This document shows, in pieces, positions 11,351-24,386 of a stretch of DNA of 64,000 nt. Within the stretch, counting starts at the first letter, position 1. Each line of letters opens with the position of its first letter. Origin of the DNA: Epiperipatus broadwayi (lineage: Eukaryota > Animalia > Onychophora); the NCBI GenBank assembly GCA_028023455.1, contig JAQFVV010000004.1, positions 23,808,001-23,872,000 on the forward strand. Direction: 5' to 3'. Made by a program: the position numbers and the translations under genes. The notes under the pieces are model-generated. The model was not told where the DNA came from and did no database searches. It saw nothing but the letters and a program-made list of their open reading frames with translations.

Positions 11351-14344
11351 TTTACCATTATTTGATTTTGATAATAAATAGTTTTTATAAGTTTGACATT
11401 TTGATTTCTAGAGGTATTTGATTTTTTTTCTGTTTTGGTCATGAATTACACTACCATTTTTGTGACTATTTTATTAATAATAGTCACAAAATATTATTTT
11501 TCCACATTTGATTGTGTTAATAATTTGGTTTATTGGTGATATGATTATGCTGATTGGCTTTTCTTCTCATTTCTATATTTGCTAATTACCAATATTTGCT
11601 AAATGTTGTCTTTGAAATTTTGATTTCTGCTAATTTTTTTTTTTTATTTCTTAGTGTTTGATATTTTGATTTCTGGAGATATATATATATTGATTAAGCT
11701 ATGTTTATTTTTTATTTTTTTGATGGAAATTGCGATTTTTAAAATGTAATGGACATAACAACTGGAACACTTTGTTTCAATGGTGCACAGTATTATTTGA
11801 CTTCATTTAGTACTTAGTTGTGTCAATGGTGATTTTGGAACTTCTCTTAGAAACCAAAATGGTAGAGAGTATATTCTAAACCAGTACATACAGGAGACTT
11901 TACTTTGAAGTTTTAGTTAATCCTTTAAAATAAATAGATGAATGATTTAAAAACTTGTCATGTTTCCTTTTTTTGCATTAATTAGTTCAAAAAGTCACAA
12001 AATTATTGCACAAAAGTCCCTTAAGAGGTTTATGAAATTTTAAAGTTATTCATAATAGATGTTTTTTCTATAAAATGTTATTTACTCTTTAATCTTGACT
12101 ATATATTCTATTAGTGTATTTGTAAAAACATCCCTTTCAGCACTAAATAAAATTAAAAATCATGCTACAGAAACAAAATTAGCATTAATGTCAATAGTGA
12201 AGATCTTAGTTTAATAATCACAAGGAAATGTAAATAAAATTAAAACGATTCATTTTAAATAAATTAATTTAGAACTATTATTTTATAAATAAATATTCAA
12301 TTAATTATGAAAAGAAATTGAATTGATCCTACTCTCTTTAGTTAATATAACTGACATGATTTTCGTTTTTAATAATTAAACATTTTCGCAAGGTCTTTTT
12401 ATCACTTTTATTTTTTTCATATCTCACAGAAATGCAGATTAATTTGCAAAAGAGTTGTTAAATTATCATGACTTTTAATTGTTTATTGATTGAGAGTTGA
12501 AAAGATTTTAGTCTAGTTATATTTTTAAAATGCTAAATAGATATTTGAAAATCTTGATTTATATTAACCGTTCCTAATCTTAAGAGCTCTTCTGTGAATT
12601 TTACCTTTCTTGCAGTTTTTAGAAAACATTCTCATTTCTTTAATCCTACTTTATCAAGCTTACTGACATTAAGATAAATTGGCACTTCATTGGGATACAT
12701 TGATATATTATAAAACAACCAATGTTCACAAGTAATTCAAAATATTTTTTGATATGCTGACATCTATTAACAGCTGAGTAAACTAAATAAAAATCTAGTA
12801 GCTTAAATTAAACTTTTAAAAATATTACCTTTATATTAGTGTAACTTGTTTAAATAATTTATTAAATAAACTTATATAATTAATACAAAGAAGAAATTTT
12901 AGAGTAAAAGCATTTATTAACAGTCCTAACAATAGTCAGATAAATCGTAAATGTTATCTAATCAGTAGTAGACATTTTAAAGTAATTTAATAATATTTAG
13001 ATATAAAAAACTATGCATAATAGATTTTGCTTGAAGTTGATTTTTTTTTTTTTATAATTTTAAAATTAATGTAATAAAAACTTTACATGCATTTTTAATT
13101 ACATTTTTTTTTTAATGTTTAAAAAAAAACAACAACAACTAATCAATAACAGATGTGAGTTAATCAGAATTATGATTTTGACGAATATTAAATTTGTAGT
13201 TAACCAAATAATTTCAAATAGACGTACAGTACTACGAAAATTATTTCTTGCAATTTCAATATATATATAATTTATAAACAGCAAATAGATTTTATACTGG
13301 GAAATGGGAGTAGTGCATTAATATGTAAAATTTAAAAATTCAGTAAGTACAAACATATATTTTTATAAATTAATGCATATTAATTTAAAGACAACGGGAA
13401 TAAAAAAATTCAAATCAAGAGAGATTTCTAATTATAATAAACTTCTTTCATGTAAATTTTTTTTTTAAAAAGGCAGAGGTTGGGGGAATCAAACAAGAAT
13501 AATAATTTCCACTGTTGTTTTTTTTTTTTTAATTTATCGTAAATATTATGGCAATTTTTTATACTATCTTTATTTCAACATCGTTTTGTGTAGACGACAA
13601 ATTAAAAAATATATTTCAATATAAACAAGCAATAATATAATAAAATTTTCTCATTCATCAACATAGATCTAGCTGGGCTAATTCCAGACAACTGCCTTTG
13701 GAATAAGTTGGAAATAGACATTAAGTTGAGAATATATAAATAAAGACTGTTAGTTAATACTTTTTGCGTCTTATTTCATTGATTGGTTCTGCTCAGAAGA
13801 ACATTTTAAATAAGTCTTTTCAATAACTTTAAAATATGTAATTCTTAAAACTTGTTTCAGATGAAAACCTGATCAGAGAGACCCTGAGTCATGCTTCATG
13901 AGAACTTCTTGACGAAATACTATTATCATTTAGATTGGCAGTAAGGCAAAATTTTACCAAAAATTTTTAAAACTTTTCTATTTGTTTGTTACCTATTACA
14001 AAATTTACATGCACACTTTTTGTTTTGACATGAAATATCAAAAAATTTCACCTTTATTTAGCATTATTTATAAAATAAATGAAATGAATGACAGAATATT
14101 TGCTTGCGAGTTTGTAATAATTGTATATTATTACATGTGATATGTCGGACTATTTCCATCATCTATGACTGAATATTGAATGTACAGAAAATTTTAAACT
14201 TTATTTAAACTTTTCAAATACAACGTGTTAGTAATAACACACAATTAGACAACACAGGTTAGTAATTACACAACGTTTTGAGTAGTTTATTCTCCACTTT
14301 TCTTCAGACGTTGCTGACCTGATATGCACAGTGACAGTTTTCAC

Positions 14345-14425
14345 ATAGAAGTTGAACTCACACCTTTAGATTCTTGAATATCGAATTTAAGGCAAACACT
14401 CTAACCAACTGAGCTATGTGATGAC
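14345..14425 (-). mobile_element. Decayed tRNA-derived SINE head (different family)
   Basis: tagctcagttggttagagtg (A box) and gagttcaac (B-box-like). Confidence 0.4.
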
Positions 14426-14831
14426 AGGAATGCAGACAACTTTGTTTTTTACTTGATTATTGCTATCTAAACCAGTCTTTAATTATAAAATATATATCTA
14501 GATATACAACAGTTAGACAAAATAACAGGTAATCCATGTAGCAAAGTATCATGTTTTGAAAAATAAAATCTAAGAATGCAATTAAATCCTATCTGGCAAA
14601 GGCTAAGCACATACTCTTATATAAAAAATGTCACCCTCATTGATTTTAAAATTTAGAGTTCAGATAGTTGGTGCCTAATTAGTTACAGAATTGATAATCT
14701 TAAGGTTTTGACAGCATAATTAAAACTTATTAATACCAACTGTAACTGGACAACAATGTGTATTGAAAAAGATTCCTAAGCTATATATATATAAAACAAA
14801 ATAAATGTCCGCTAATATCAATACAATAACA

Positions 14832-15066
14832 AAACTTAAATATATTCCAAACAACGGTAAACAATTTATAATACAATATAAATAAAAACTCATAAAGAAA
14901 TATTTTCGATTATATTCATAATCATTTTCAGCTCTACTAATAGATGATTCCATTTTGAAAGTTGAGTTGAAAATGATTATGAATATAATCGAAAATATTT
15001 CTTTATGAGTTTTTATTTATATTGTATTATAAATTGTTTACCGTTGTTTGGAATATATTTAAGTTT
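14832..15066. repeat. Near-perfect inverted repeat, 103-bp arms with a 29-bp spacer
   Basis: 14832-14934 is the reverse complement of 14964-15066 with about one mismatch. Confidence 0.9.
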
Positions 15067-18000
15067 CGTTAATATATATATATAAAGGCTAATACGAAAA
15101 AATTATGGGGAGACAAAAAAACATCATCCCCAAACATTACAATCCCAATTCACATTATCAATAAATAGTCAAAGAACAAATATAAAAAAAACACGAAGAG
15201 AATCAGCATGTAATAAAAATAAATAATTACAATAACTGTAAGTTATCTCATCAGCATTAAACATAAGTAATCAATATTCATCTTTTGTGATTGGATTTGA
15301 TAAAAATACATTATAAAATTGGATTTGATAAAAATACATTATAAAATAGGCTAATTATCTTCTAACCAATGCCAAACTTAGGACATAATATATTATCTGC
15401 ATGCACATATTTAAATACTATAGTATCTAAGATAAAAAAGAGCAACTGGGAAAATGATAATGCTGGTCATCATCAATGCTCTGGCCATATGGTATCATGA
15501 GTGTACAAGCCAACTATAAATCAATTTAATTTCTACAAATAAAATGCATTGAATGGCTTTAAGGGGGCTAGAACCATTAGGTTTCCAAACACAAACATAT
15601 ACTCCCACATAAATGTATATTAACTGTTATTACTCTAGAGCTAGCTATGAATTAAAGGACCCTAGAGACTATGATAGTGAACAAAAGAACATATAAATGT
15701 ATATGCTTAATCAACTTTAATTTAAATAGTTTTATTATAATGAGTTACAAATCCTTTAAAAAACTATGCTATGATGAAATCAAGTCACACACACTGCCAA
15801 TTCATAGAACAGATAACTGGAGGAATAAAGACATTGACATTATTATATTTTTAAACAATTATTTAATAAGATTAACTAATAAATTAATAAATTCTGGTTT
15901 ATTCCCCCCTTTTTAATAATTAAATCTGAAAACATTTCACTCTAAGAAATATATAAAAAAATTAAGACTAGTTAAAATCTCTTTTTTTAATGAAAATGGG
16001 AATGTCTCATATTTTTTTTTATAAATTTTGGAGATAAAATTAAAACAAACATATTCCAACAAAAAATAATTAATAAAAATTGTTCATTACTAACAATTAT
16101 CATTGATATTAAAAAATATTTAGAAATGTTATATAAATGAAAATGTGTAAATGAAGATATGCACATCAACTATACTTTATTTTACTATGATTTAATTCTT
16201 TGTCCTTTTTAGTTATAATTTTCACTTTATTTCATGTTAGTTTTTTTCTTCTTGTTTCTTCAAAGATTAACATTAGATAATAATATCCAAGGTAAGTAAT
16301 CACAAGTTGAATTTATTCATGATTTCTTGTTGTACTCAAGTTTTTAGATGATGTTTATAATATTAATTTCCAAATTTAACAGACTTCCTGGGTAAGAAAC
16401 ACAGTTAAATATATCAATTTTATAATACAACAATTTTCAGGTTAGTACATACTGAATTTATTCATTTTAAAATATAATAATTTGCTGGTCCAGATTAATA
16501 CAGACCAAGACAGCCATGCTTTTGGTATGAAACACAATGCTTGTTGCAAATTCCTCACAGGCATATTCTTTTACATTTTTTTCTAGTGAACAAGCTACAT
16601 GATTAGGATTAATGATACTTAGTTTTTAGCTAAAATTTAGCATAGGATTTTTTTTAAATCCATTGAAAAAAACTTTTTTTTTCAAACTATTCGTGAGATT
16701 AGTATTAATTCAGATTACAAGATTATTTCTCACTATTCTTTCACAGCTGGGCTACTCCTTTTCTTTTTCTCTCAAAAGTTGAATCAAGAAAGATTTGTTG
16801 ACTAGATTTTAGCCTGCCAACTATCTTAATTTTTGAAACAATTTTGTCTCCATTCAATCACATATTTTCTCAGAAATGATAGGATTAAACTCTGACCAAT
16901 TAAATCTTACAAAAATGCTATTTCACTTCTTTTTTTCTATAAATTAAAAAATTCTAATCATAATTATTGAAATTCCTATGTAATCATTTTTTTTTCTCAA
17001 TTACTCAAAAACAATATAATATTTTAACTATATTTTGATTTGAACATTGCCTTTTGTTTTAGAGAGATAAAGAAAAAAAGTACTTTAAAACAGTATTTCT
17101 TAACAAAATATTAAAACCTTGCTTTTCTTTCTTTTTTTTAAAAAAAATTAATAATTAGTACTTAAATAAAATTACTAAAGCATAGAGAAAAAAATATTAA
17201 TTTTATTCTTTCATTATGTTTTTTTCATTTCTCTTACAACTATCTATAAAAATTCACATTCCTATTATTTAAAGAATTTTTGGAATTTTCATATTATCTC
17301 TTAAGGAATGGAAAATTTTTAAATAAGTTAATAATTGTTATTATTAAAAATATATATGAAAATTCTAAATATATTTGTTTAAATAAGATTATATCTGACA
17401 TGGAAAGAGTTGACTACTGTATACAATATTACAATATATATGTAAACTGTAACTAAAAAATACAACAAAACAAATGTTAACTATTATATGAAGCTTTAGT
17501 GTCTATTAAAACAATTTATTCTTGATAAAACATTTATAACCTAGCTGTCCTACATCAAAATTACTGTTTTCTGATGTGAATGATACTACAATTCTGAAGA
17601 TGTGATTGATCCACATAATATTAATCTACTTTAAAACCATCTTTGTAAAAATTAGTAATCAATGGACAACAATTGAGCAAAATCCTTATTTCCAAAATAA
17701 TTTCTCACTACTGATGCCCCTCAATAAAGAGCAATAGATTATAAAAATTCTGCCAGATTTTTATTTTTTCCTGCTATGCTATTAAAATTAATAATTTAAA
17801 TTGCAAATATGCAAATATCCTAAACTTCTAAATTCAAACTAATTTATTTATCCAACTTAACATAAATGAAAAAACAATGGGCTGTAAAATTCACCTAGCA
17901 GGTATTTTTGTTTCCATTATAACTATTCAAACTATTAACTTGAAATTAATCTATTCATTCAGTATAATGAATGTTTACTGTAATAAATAGAGGAATTTGA

Positions 18001-18085
18001 ACATAGGATTTTCAGATGTTCATCTTCCTTTCCATCTCAAACAATTGATACATATGACCACACATATATGAAAAAGATAACTGAA

Positions 18086-18130
18086 CTCTAATATACATAT
18101 TTTGCGCAGAACCAGCACTCATCAGTTGGG
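18086..18130 (-). ncRNA. Hammerhead ribozyme motif, family C (GAAA decayed to AAAA)
   Basis: cccaa-CTGATGA-gtgc(tggttct)gcgc-AAAA-tatgta-TA-ttag. Confidence 0.55.
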
Positions 18131-18313
18131 TCAGATCATAATCTCTCACACATATATACAATCAGTGCTCAGCTTATATTAAGATAGTAATTTTATCTTA
18201 AACTTCAATGGACAGGCTTCAATCTTGTCACCTTCCAACAATTCAACTATCCATTCCAGTGATAAACCAATGACGGAACACTCAAAACTCTTGGTGGATT
18301 TGATATTGTAGTC

Positions 18314-18640
18314 CAGGGGTCCCCAACCTTTTTGCAATTAAAAGCACATTCTATAATACCGGCCAGGTGGTGGGTACCATTTATTTTTTCAATGTAAATT
18401 TATAGTTGGATATTGTTAATAATACACATAATGTACAAAAAAATATTTATTTACGCTGTAAAAATATAGTATGCCCTACAATTTGATTACATTATAATAC
18501 AATAATTTATAAGAAATTTTAAAAATTAAATTTATTTGTATCAGATAAATAATTTTTTATCATGTTAGGATAGCGGCGGGCACACATAAAATCGTCTGCG
18601 GGTGCCATGGTGCCCACGGGCATAGGGTTGGGGACCGCTG
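18314..18640. mobile_element. hAT-type MITE
   Basis: 15-bp TIR caggggtccccaacc / ggttggggaccgctg (1 mismatch) and an 8-bp TSD ttgtagtc (18306-18313 / 18641-18648). Confidence 0.9.
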
Positions 18641-19344
18641 TTGTAGTCATATCCATGTAGATATTACATCAATCTAACACCTCATATTATTGGACCATTA
18701 ATTATCCATTTATATTAATAGGAAAAGGATGGATTGGACTTACATATTATGATGTAACCTATTTCCAAGGCAATATGTAATTAACCTATTCACTCAGTAT
18801 GCTGAATGTTTACTATAGTAAATAGAGGGATTTGAACTTAAAATTTTCGGTCTATATTCATACTCAATTTCAAACAACTGATTCACATGTATTGATTGTT
18901 TGAGATAAAATGGTGGATAAATGTAGACTACAAATCCTAACTTCAAATCCCTCTATATGTGTGACATGCATTAGTTGTTTGAGATAGACTGAAAATCCTA
19001 AGTTCAAATTCCTCTATTTACTATATAGTAAACATTCAGTATACTGAATGAATATGTTATGCTTGGAAATAGATTACATCATAGTATAAGTCCAGGTATC
19101 CTTCTACTATTAATATAAATGGATATGTAATGGTCTGTTAAATGAGGGGTTAGATTGATTTAATGTTGACATGAGTATGATTACAATATGAAATCCACCA
19201 AGGGCTTTGAGCATTTCCATCATTGATTTTTCAATGAAATGGACAGTTGAATAAGAAGATTGAAGCCTGTCTATTAAAGTTTAAGAAATTTCTATCTTAT
19301 TATAAGCGAGCATTGATTGTTTATATGTGTGGGAGATTATGATC

Positions 19345-19392
19345 TCCCAAATATATTGAGATCTGGTTCTGCAAGAAATATGTATCTTGGGG
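19345..19392 (+). ncRNA. Degenerate hammerhead motif, family C inverted copy
   Basis: tcccaa-[CTGATGA eroded to atatattga]-gatctggttctgcaa-GAAA-tatgta-TC-ttgggg. Stem I is intact. Confidence 0.4.
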
Positions 19393-21937
19393 ACTATTTA
19401 TCTTTTTCACATGTGTTTGATCATGTACACTGATTGTTTGAGATGGAATGAAGGATGAATATAGATTGAAATCCTAAGTTCAAATCCCTCTATTGAAATT
19501 ACTGAAATATTCTTAACTTTATAACTCAACAAAATTTAGGTAATTATTTAGTATGCACTCTGGGATTTTTACATACTTAGAAAGTGTAGGCCTTTTGTAT
19601 GTGCATTTTGTTAACAACAACAAAAAAATTATTGTACTATAATTTGTTCATAAAAATTGTCTAATTTTTTTTAAGCATCTTTCCAATGTAGTATTATTTT
19701 AAAAACTCACAAATTTTCAATTCAATAAACTAATATGGCTTTATACATTTTCATCTGATAAAAATAACAACTAATCTTTTTCAGTTTTATATCCATACTA
19801 TAACTTTTCATGTGATGCTTCAAAGAAAAATATTAAAGACACATTTTTCTAAGGCAAACTATTTGCTTAGCTTATAGTTATCTTTTACAATATGTATTAA
19901 CTTACTGGAAAATTTAGAAGCTTTATCATTGTCCATACATTCAATGAGTTGTTTGAATGCTACTAATTTGCATAAAGATTGAATATCTCCTTTTGGTTTC
20001 TTTTACCAATTACCAAAGTATTCTAATTTGACTTGAAGAGATTTTTTTTTGACTGCAATCTTCAATCCATAATAGTAAAAACTTTGCACATTAAAAAAGT
20101 CATTCTTTTAGATGCCTTTCATGCTATTTCAATGCAAATAATATTCCATAATTATAAGATATTAGATTCAAAGTCTCATTCTAGTAAAAGCTCTTTATAT
20201 TGATTTGACCATTATCTTTGTTAGCCCTCTCTTTTATAGAATATAATTTCAAGCTAAATGCTTTGACAGCGAGAAATAAGAAAAGCTTAAAATGGAATTT
20301 TTATATGAAGCAAGAAGTTAAATAAAATTCTTATATGCTTAATATATATAGTAAGCTGAGCATGCTTTCAATATCTCTATAATGATATCATAATCATAGA
20401 TATACAGCCGCAAAGTGGAGGCAACTGGTAATTTGAAGTATATGTAAATATTATGTAAATGAGTGGGTTTACATGACCCACATTTTGATAGGGTGAAGCA
20501 GAATTCTTTTTTGTGTATAATGGTGATAAGCCAAGCTTCTTTTACCTTGCATTTTGTATCATTGCATTCTAAACATACCAAAATCCACACTGATCAAATA
20601 AATACATTTTTGTCTAGAAAGAGAACTATCATACCTCCATTTAAAATTTATATTAATACTATACTTCATAAAAAAAAAATCTTCCCACATATCTTTATTA
20701 TACTCTAAATAGATTTTTATAAAATATTTTTCTTCAAAAAAAAAAAAAAAAAATTGATAAACTGTAACAACAAAACAAAATACAACTAACCTCATACACA
20801 ATAAAACAATGAACTTCCAAAAATAAAATTTTAATTTAACAAAGCAAGTCTCATTAATGAATTTGTATAATATTAAATCTACTAATAATATTAGTAAATA
20901 CATAATCAAAATTCACATGTCCAAAGTAATAAACTTATTACTGATCTTAAAATTTATATATGAGATATAATTTGTAATATTAATATTTATTTTTTCATAA
21001 AAGTATATGTTATTAATTATTTATTAAAATGATTATATAACATTGATAATATATATATACATCGAAGTTTTACATATATAAAAGTATATTAATGTTGAAA
21101 ATATGTAAATAATTAATGGTGACAGAAAATAATAAAGATGTCATAAAATAATAGATATTTATGTGTTAATATTTTATTCAAAGAAATAAATAGTTTTTTT
21201 TAAAGAAAACATGATTTTTATGAATATTATATTAACAATAAGTTTAGAAAAAAAAATAATCAGAAGAAAAGTGAAACTACGTTTAAACAACAGATTTCAA
21301 TATAAATCAATTATTTATTTTATTGATTTATATATATAAAAGATGAATTTGTATAATTTTTTTTCTTATGAAAAAATAGATACTATGTGAAATAGAAGTG
21401 ACACAAAACCATGCACATATTTATAAACAAAATACAAAACTTAAATCTACCCCCCCCCCCAATCAGCAATATAGCATTAATAGTTAAATATTTTTTTAAA
21501 AGCTTTTATTCAACTTTTATTCTCTGTATGTTTGTTTCATAAATATAATTTAAATAAGATGCATGAGAGGACAGTATAATTTTTTTGTGTGTTTGAATGT
21601 TTTATAGATATAGATAGTTTAAGTAAGACATGTGAGAGGGTGGTATAGAGATTTTTTGGTTTCAATTGATAGATTTTAAAATCCAGCTTTATACTGTTTT
21701 GAATAATGACCAATTTGGGGGGATTTTAATTGAAAGCTTGATTTAATGATTTTTTAGACAAATATATGAAAATGTACACTTTCTAAGTCCTGATATATAC
21801 ATAAGAGGTATGCATATTAATTTATTGCATAAATATCAAGTGATCTATATAAACTAGAAATGTCAAACCAATTTAAAGTACTTATGCTATCTTTTGAATG
21901 AATAATACTTAAAACTTTAAATTGATTTGACATTTAA

Positions 21938-21973
<36 letters not shown>

Positions 21974-21982
21974 AAGCTTATG

Positions 21983-22018
<36 letters not shown>

Positions 22019-22023
22019 AAGCT
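21938..22023. repeat. Two-copy 45-bp tandem containing (TA)n
   Basis: agtt(ta)n ttgtaagct occurs twice. Confidence 0.8.
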
Positions 22024-23123
22024 CCATGACTGAGTTTACATGCAGAGCTTTTATGTGCACCATTTTTTTATTATATATTCTAGAATTATATTTATTTAAT
22101 AATAAAATAGTTAAATATTTTAAAATAATATTGCTATGGGAATCAATTGGTAACTATTGGATCATCTGATTTACACAAAAACAGGGAATCGTCTTTCTTC
22201 ATGTGTCACTTATAAGAGGGAAATCAAGAAAATTACAATGATTGTTTAACTGGATAATGCAGTCACTGGGGTAAAACTTCAGAGTGTCGTATCTTGATTT
22301 TTCCAATAGTGTAACTGATTATGGAACTGTAAACAAAGGAATGCCTTAAAATTAACTTCAATTCTGCCAGTCTATTAATTGCTTTCTAATACTGAAAATG
22401 GGTGACACTTGATATAAGAAAAATTGCCCTCTAATTAATTGTTAAATGGAAATATTCTTCTATGAAAAGATTTATAAATCTGCAGAATTTTGCTAATCTC
22501 AATAATAGAAAAAACTTCATGGGAACAAACTATTATGGAAACAAACTTTAAAAAATTAAAATATTAGAAAATTGCTTGCAAATGTGTAAAATAATGATTT
22601 TGATGGCAATATATCTACATTTACAAATTAATGAAATGTGAGCTCATGAAGACATAATAGGTAATTGGATGAACTTAATATAAACTTTTGTTTTATGAAT
22701 TATTACGAATCAGCGAAGATTTTTCCTATCATGTTTCTAATAGAACTTTAGATGTATACAATTTGTTTTGTATTATTCTCATTTTGTCTGTTAATTAAAA
22801 TTATTGTTATTGTTAATAATTTTATTGCTTGTTTATTTGTCATCCAAATTCTGAGTAAATTGTTTTCTTTGTCATTATTATTTTTTTGTGTATTCAGTCT
22901 AGTTTTTATCCATGACTACTATAAATTAGTCAATTAAAAATAAAATTTGTATAGTCACTTCACTATGTATGTGGTCATCTGTTATATATGTTTATAATTC
23001 TGCTAGATTAAAGTACATATGTGCATATATATTTTAGTAAATAATAAATAATACATTATTTAAAATTGAATTCATATAAAGATTCAATTGCAAAATATCT
23101 TAATATTAAAAAATAATAGATAA

Positions 23124-23388
23124 AAAATATGTTATAATAAATATTATTTATCGTGTACTAAAAACCAAAAAAATAATTTTCTTCCATCACAATTGGGTTT
23201 TTTAGATTGAACTTAAAATAAAAGTATGGAAAGGGGAAGTTCACATAAAGATGGAGTTAATTAATTTCTGAACCCTCCACCTTTTTATTTCAAGTTCGAT
23301 CTAAAAACCCCCAATTGTGATTGAAGAAACAATTACTTTTTTGGTTGTTGGTGCATGATAAATAAAAGTATTTATTATAAAATATTTT
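23124..23388. mobile_element. MITE-like element with ~100-bp imperfect TIRs
   Basis: catcacaattgggtttttagattgaactt versus aagttcgatctaaaaacccccaattgtgattg. The arms extend to both ends. Confidence 0.75.
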
Positions 23389-24386
23389 TATCTCCATTAT
23401 TTTTTTTAAAACTTCATTAAGTATATTCAACATAAGAATAAAATCCAAGTGGTGACCAAGCATTACAAAGCTACTGTATTTTCCTGAAGGTGTGTGATGA
23501 TGGTAACAATAATTAATTTGACTGATTTAAAAATGTATTCTATCATTAAAGTTACTAATGATAATCATCTATGGACAATACTTTCACAAAAATGACTATT
23601 ATTAAATTATTGTACTATTCTTTAGATACAGTTTTGAATAATTTATGCAGTACAGTGTGCCCTCCTATTTATATAATATATAATAATTATATTAATAATT
23701 TTTAATTATCTATTGAAGACTAAAATTATCATGAAAGCATATGTATGTTTAAAATATAATAATTAAGAAGTGTGATTTATGTGTACATCTAATGCTAACA
23801 TGTAAAATTAAGCAATATTTTAAACACAGTACATTACTCTACATTACTCTATGAAGATCTTTGGAAAAGACTGCTTAACAATCAAAATATTAACTTTTCA
23901 TAATAAAATTTAAATGTTGCTAAAATTAAATGTAGTAAAGAGGTGATTTGTATGATTTTGAATAACTGTACTGTTAAAGGAGAGAATTATTTAAATCATT
24001 TATTCTAGTAATGACTGTATACTTATTTATTAATTTTTCCTTTCTAGAAAAGCTTTTTTTCATTATCACTTTATTTTGTTTCAAATGATGGGTCATGAGA
24101 AACAAATCCCAAAAGCTTATCAAGTTACTTCATATGGAAAAAACATATAGCAGTTAAATAAATGCTACAGACAAGATTGTAAAGACACATAGTATCCTCT
24201 ATAGCTTAGAGTTGATTTCATTGATTCCTAGGCTCTTATAGAAAGTTAGTTATTTCTGTGTTTTTCTGGGTCTTTCCTTGTGAAAACCATTTTCTTTGAT
24301 ATTTGAACTTCTTACCTTTCTGCTTAATTAAGAGTGGATAAGTTGCTTGATTCTGAGGAAGCTGAGAACTGTTTTCAGAACCTTCA

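Larger units (their letters stand above)
17930..19495. mobile_element. Family C compound insertion: ~1.2 tandem units of ~500 bp, then an inverted copy
   Basis: aatagagg(a/g)atttgaac at 17986 and 18821 gives a period of 835 bp, or ~500 after removing the 335-bp MITE plus TSD. 18860-19495 is the reverse complement of the unit. Contains hammerhead-like cores. Confidence 0.75.

Noticed and set aside
12657-12783. Possible minus-strand exon (YSAVNRCQHIKKYFELLV...)
   Set aside because: Splice signals are plausible, but there is no homology, no neighbouring exon and no Mcr similarity.
13860-13945. Plus-strand exon-like stretch with an in-frame TGA; also a loose ctga...tgacgaaa pattern
   Set aside because: The stop cannot be argued as Sec without a SECIS. 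The ribozyme reading lacks an intact core and stem I.
15205-15262. Minus-strand CTGATGA followed by a 7-bp hairpin then GTAA
   Set aside because: No GAAA, and no stem III or stem I pairing; could be chance in AT-rich DNA or a very old motif.
17590-17635. ctgaaga-tgtg(attgatc)caca hammerhead-like half
   Set aside because: GAAA and stem I are absent.
20339-20909. Cys-rich overlapping ORFs
   Set aside because: No convincing domain; probably a decayed transposon accessory gene or chance.
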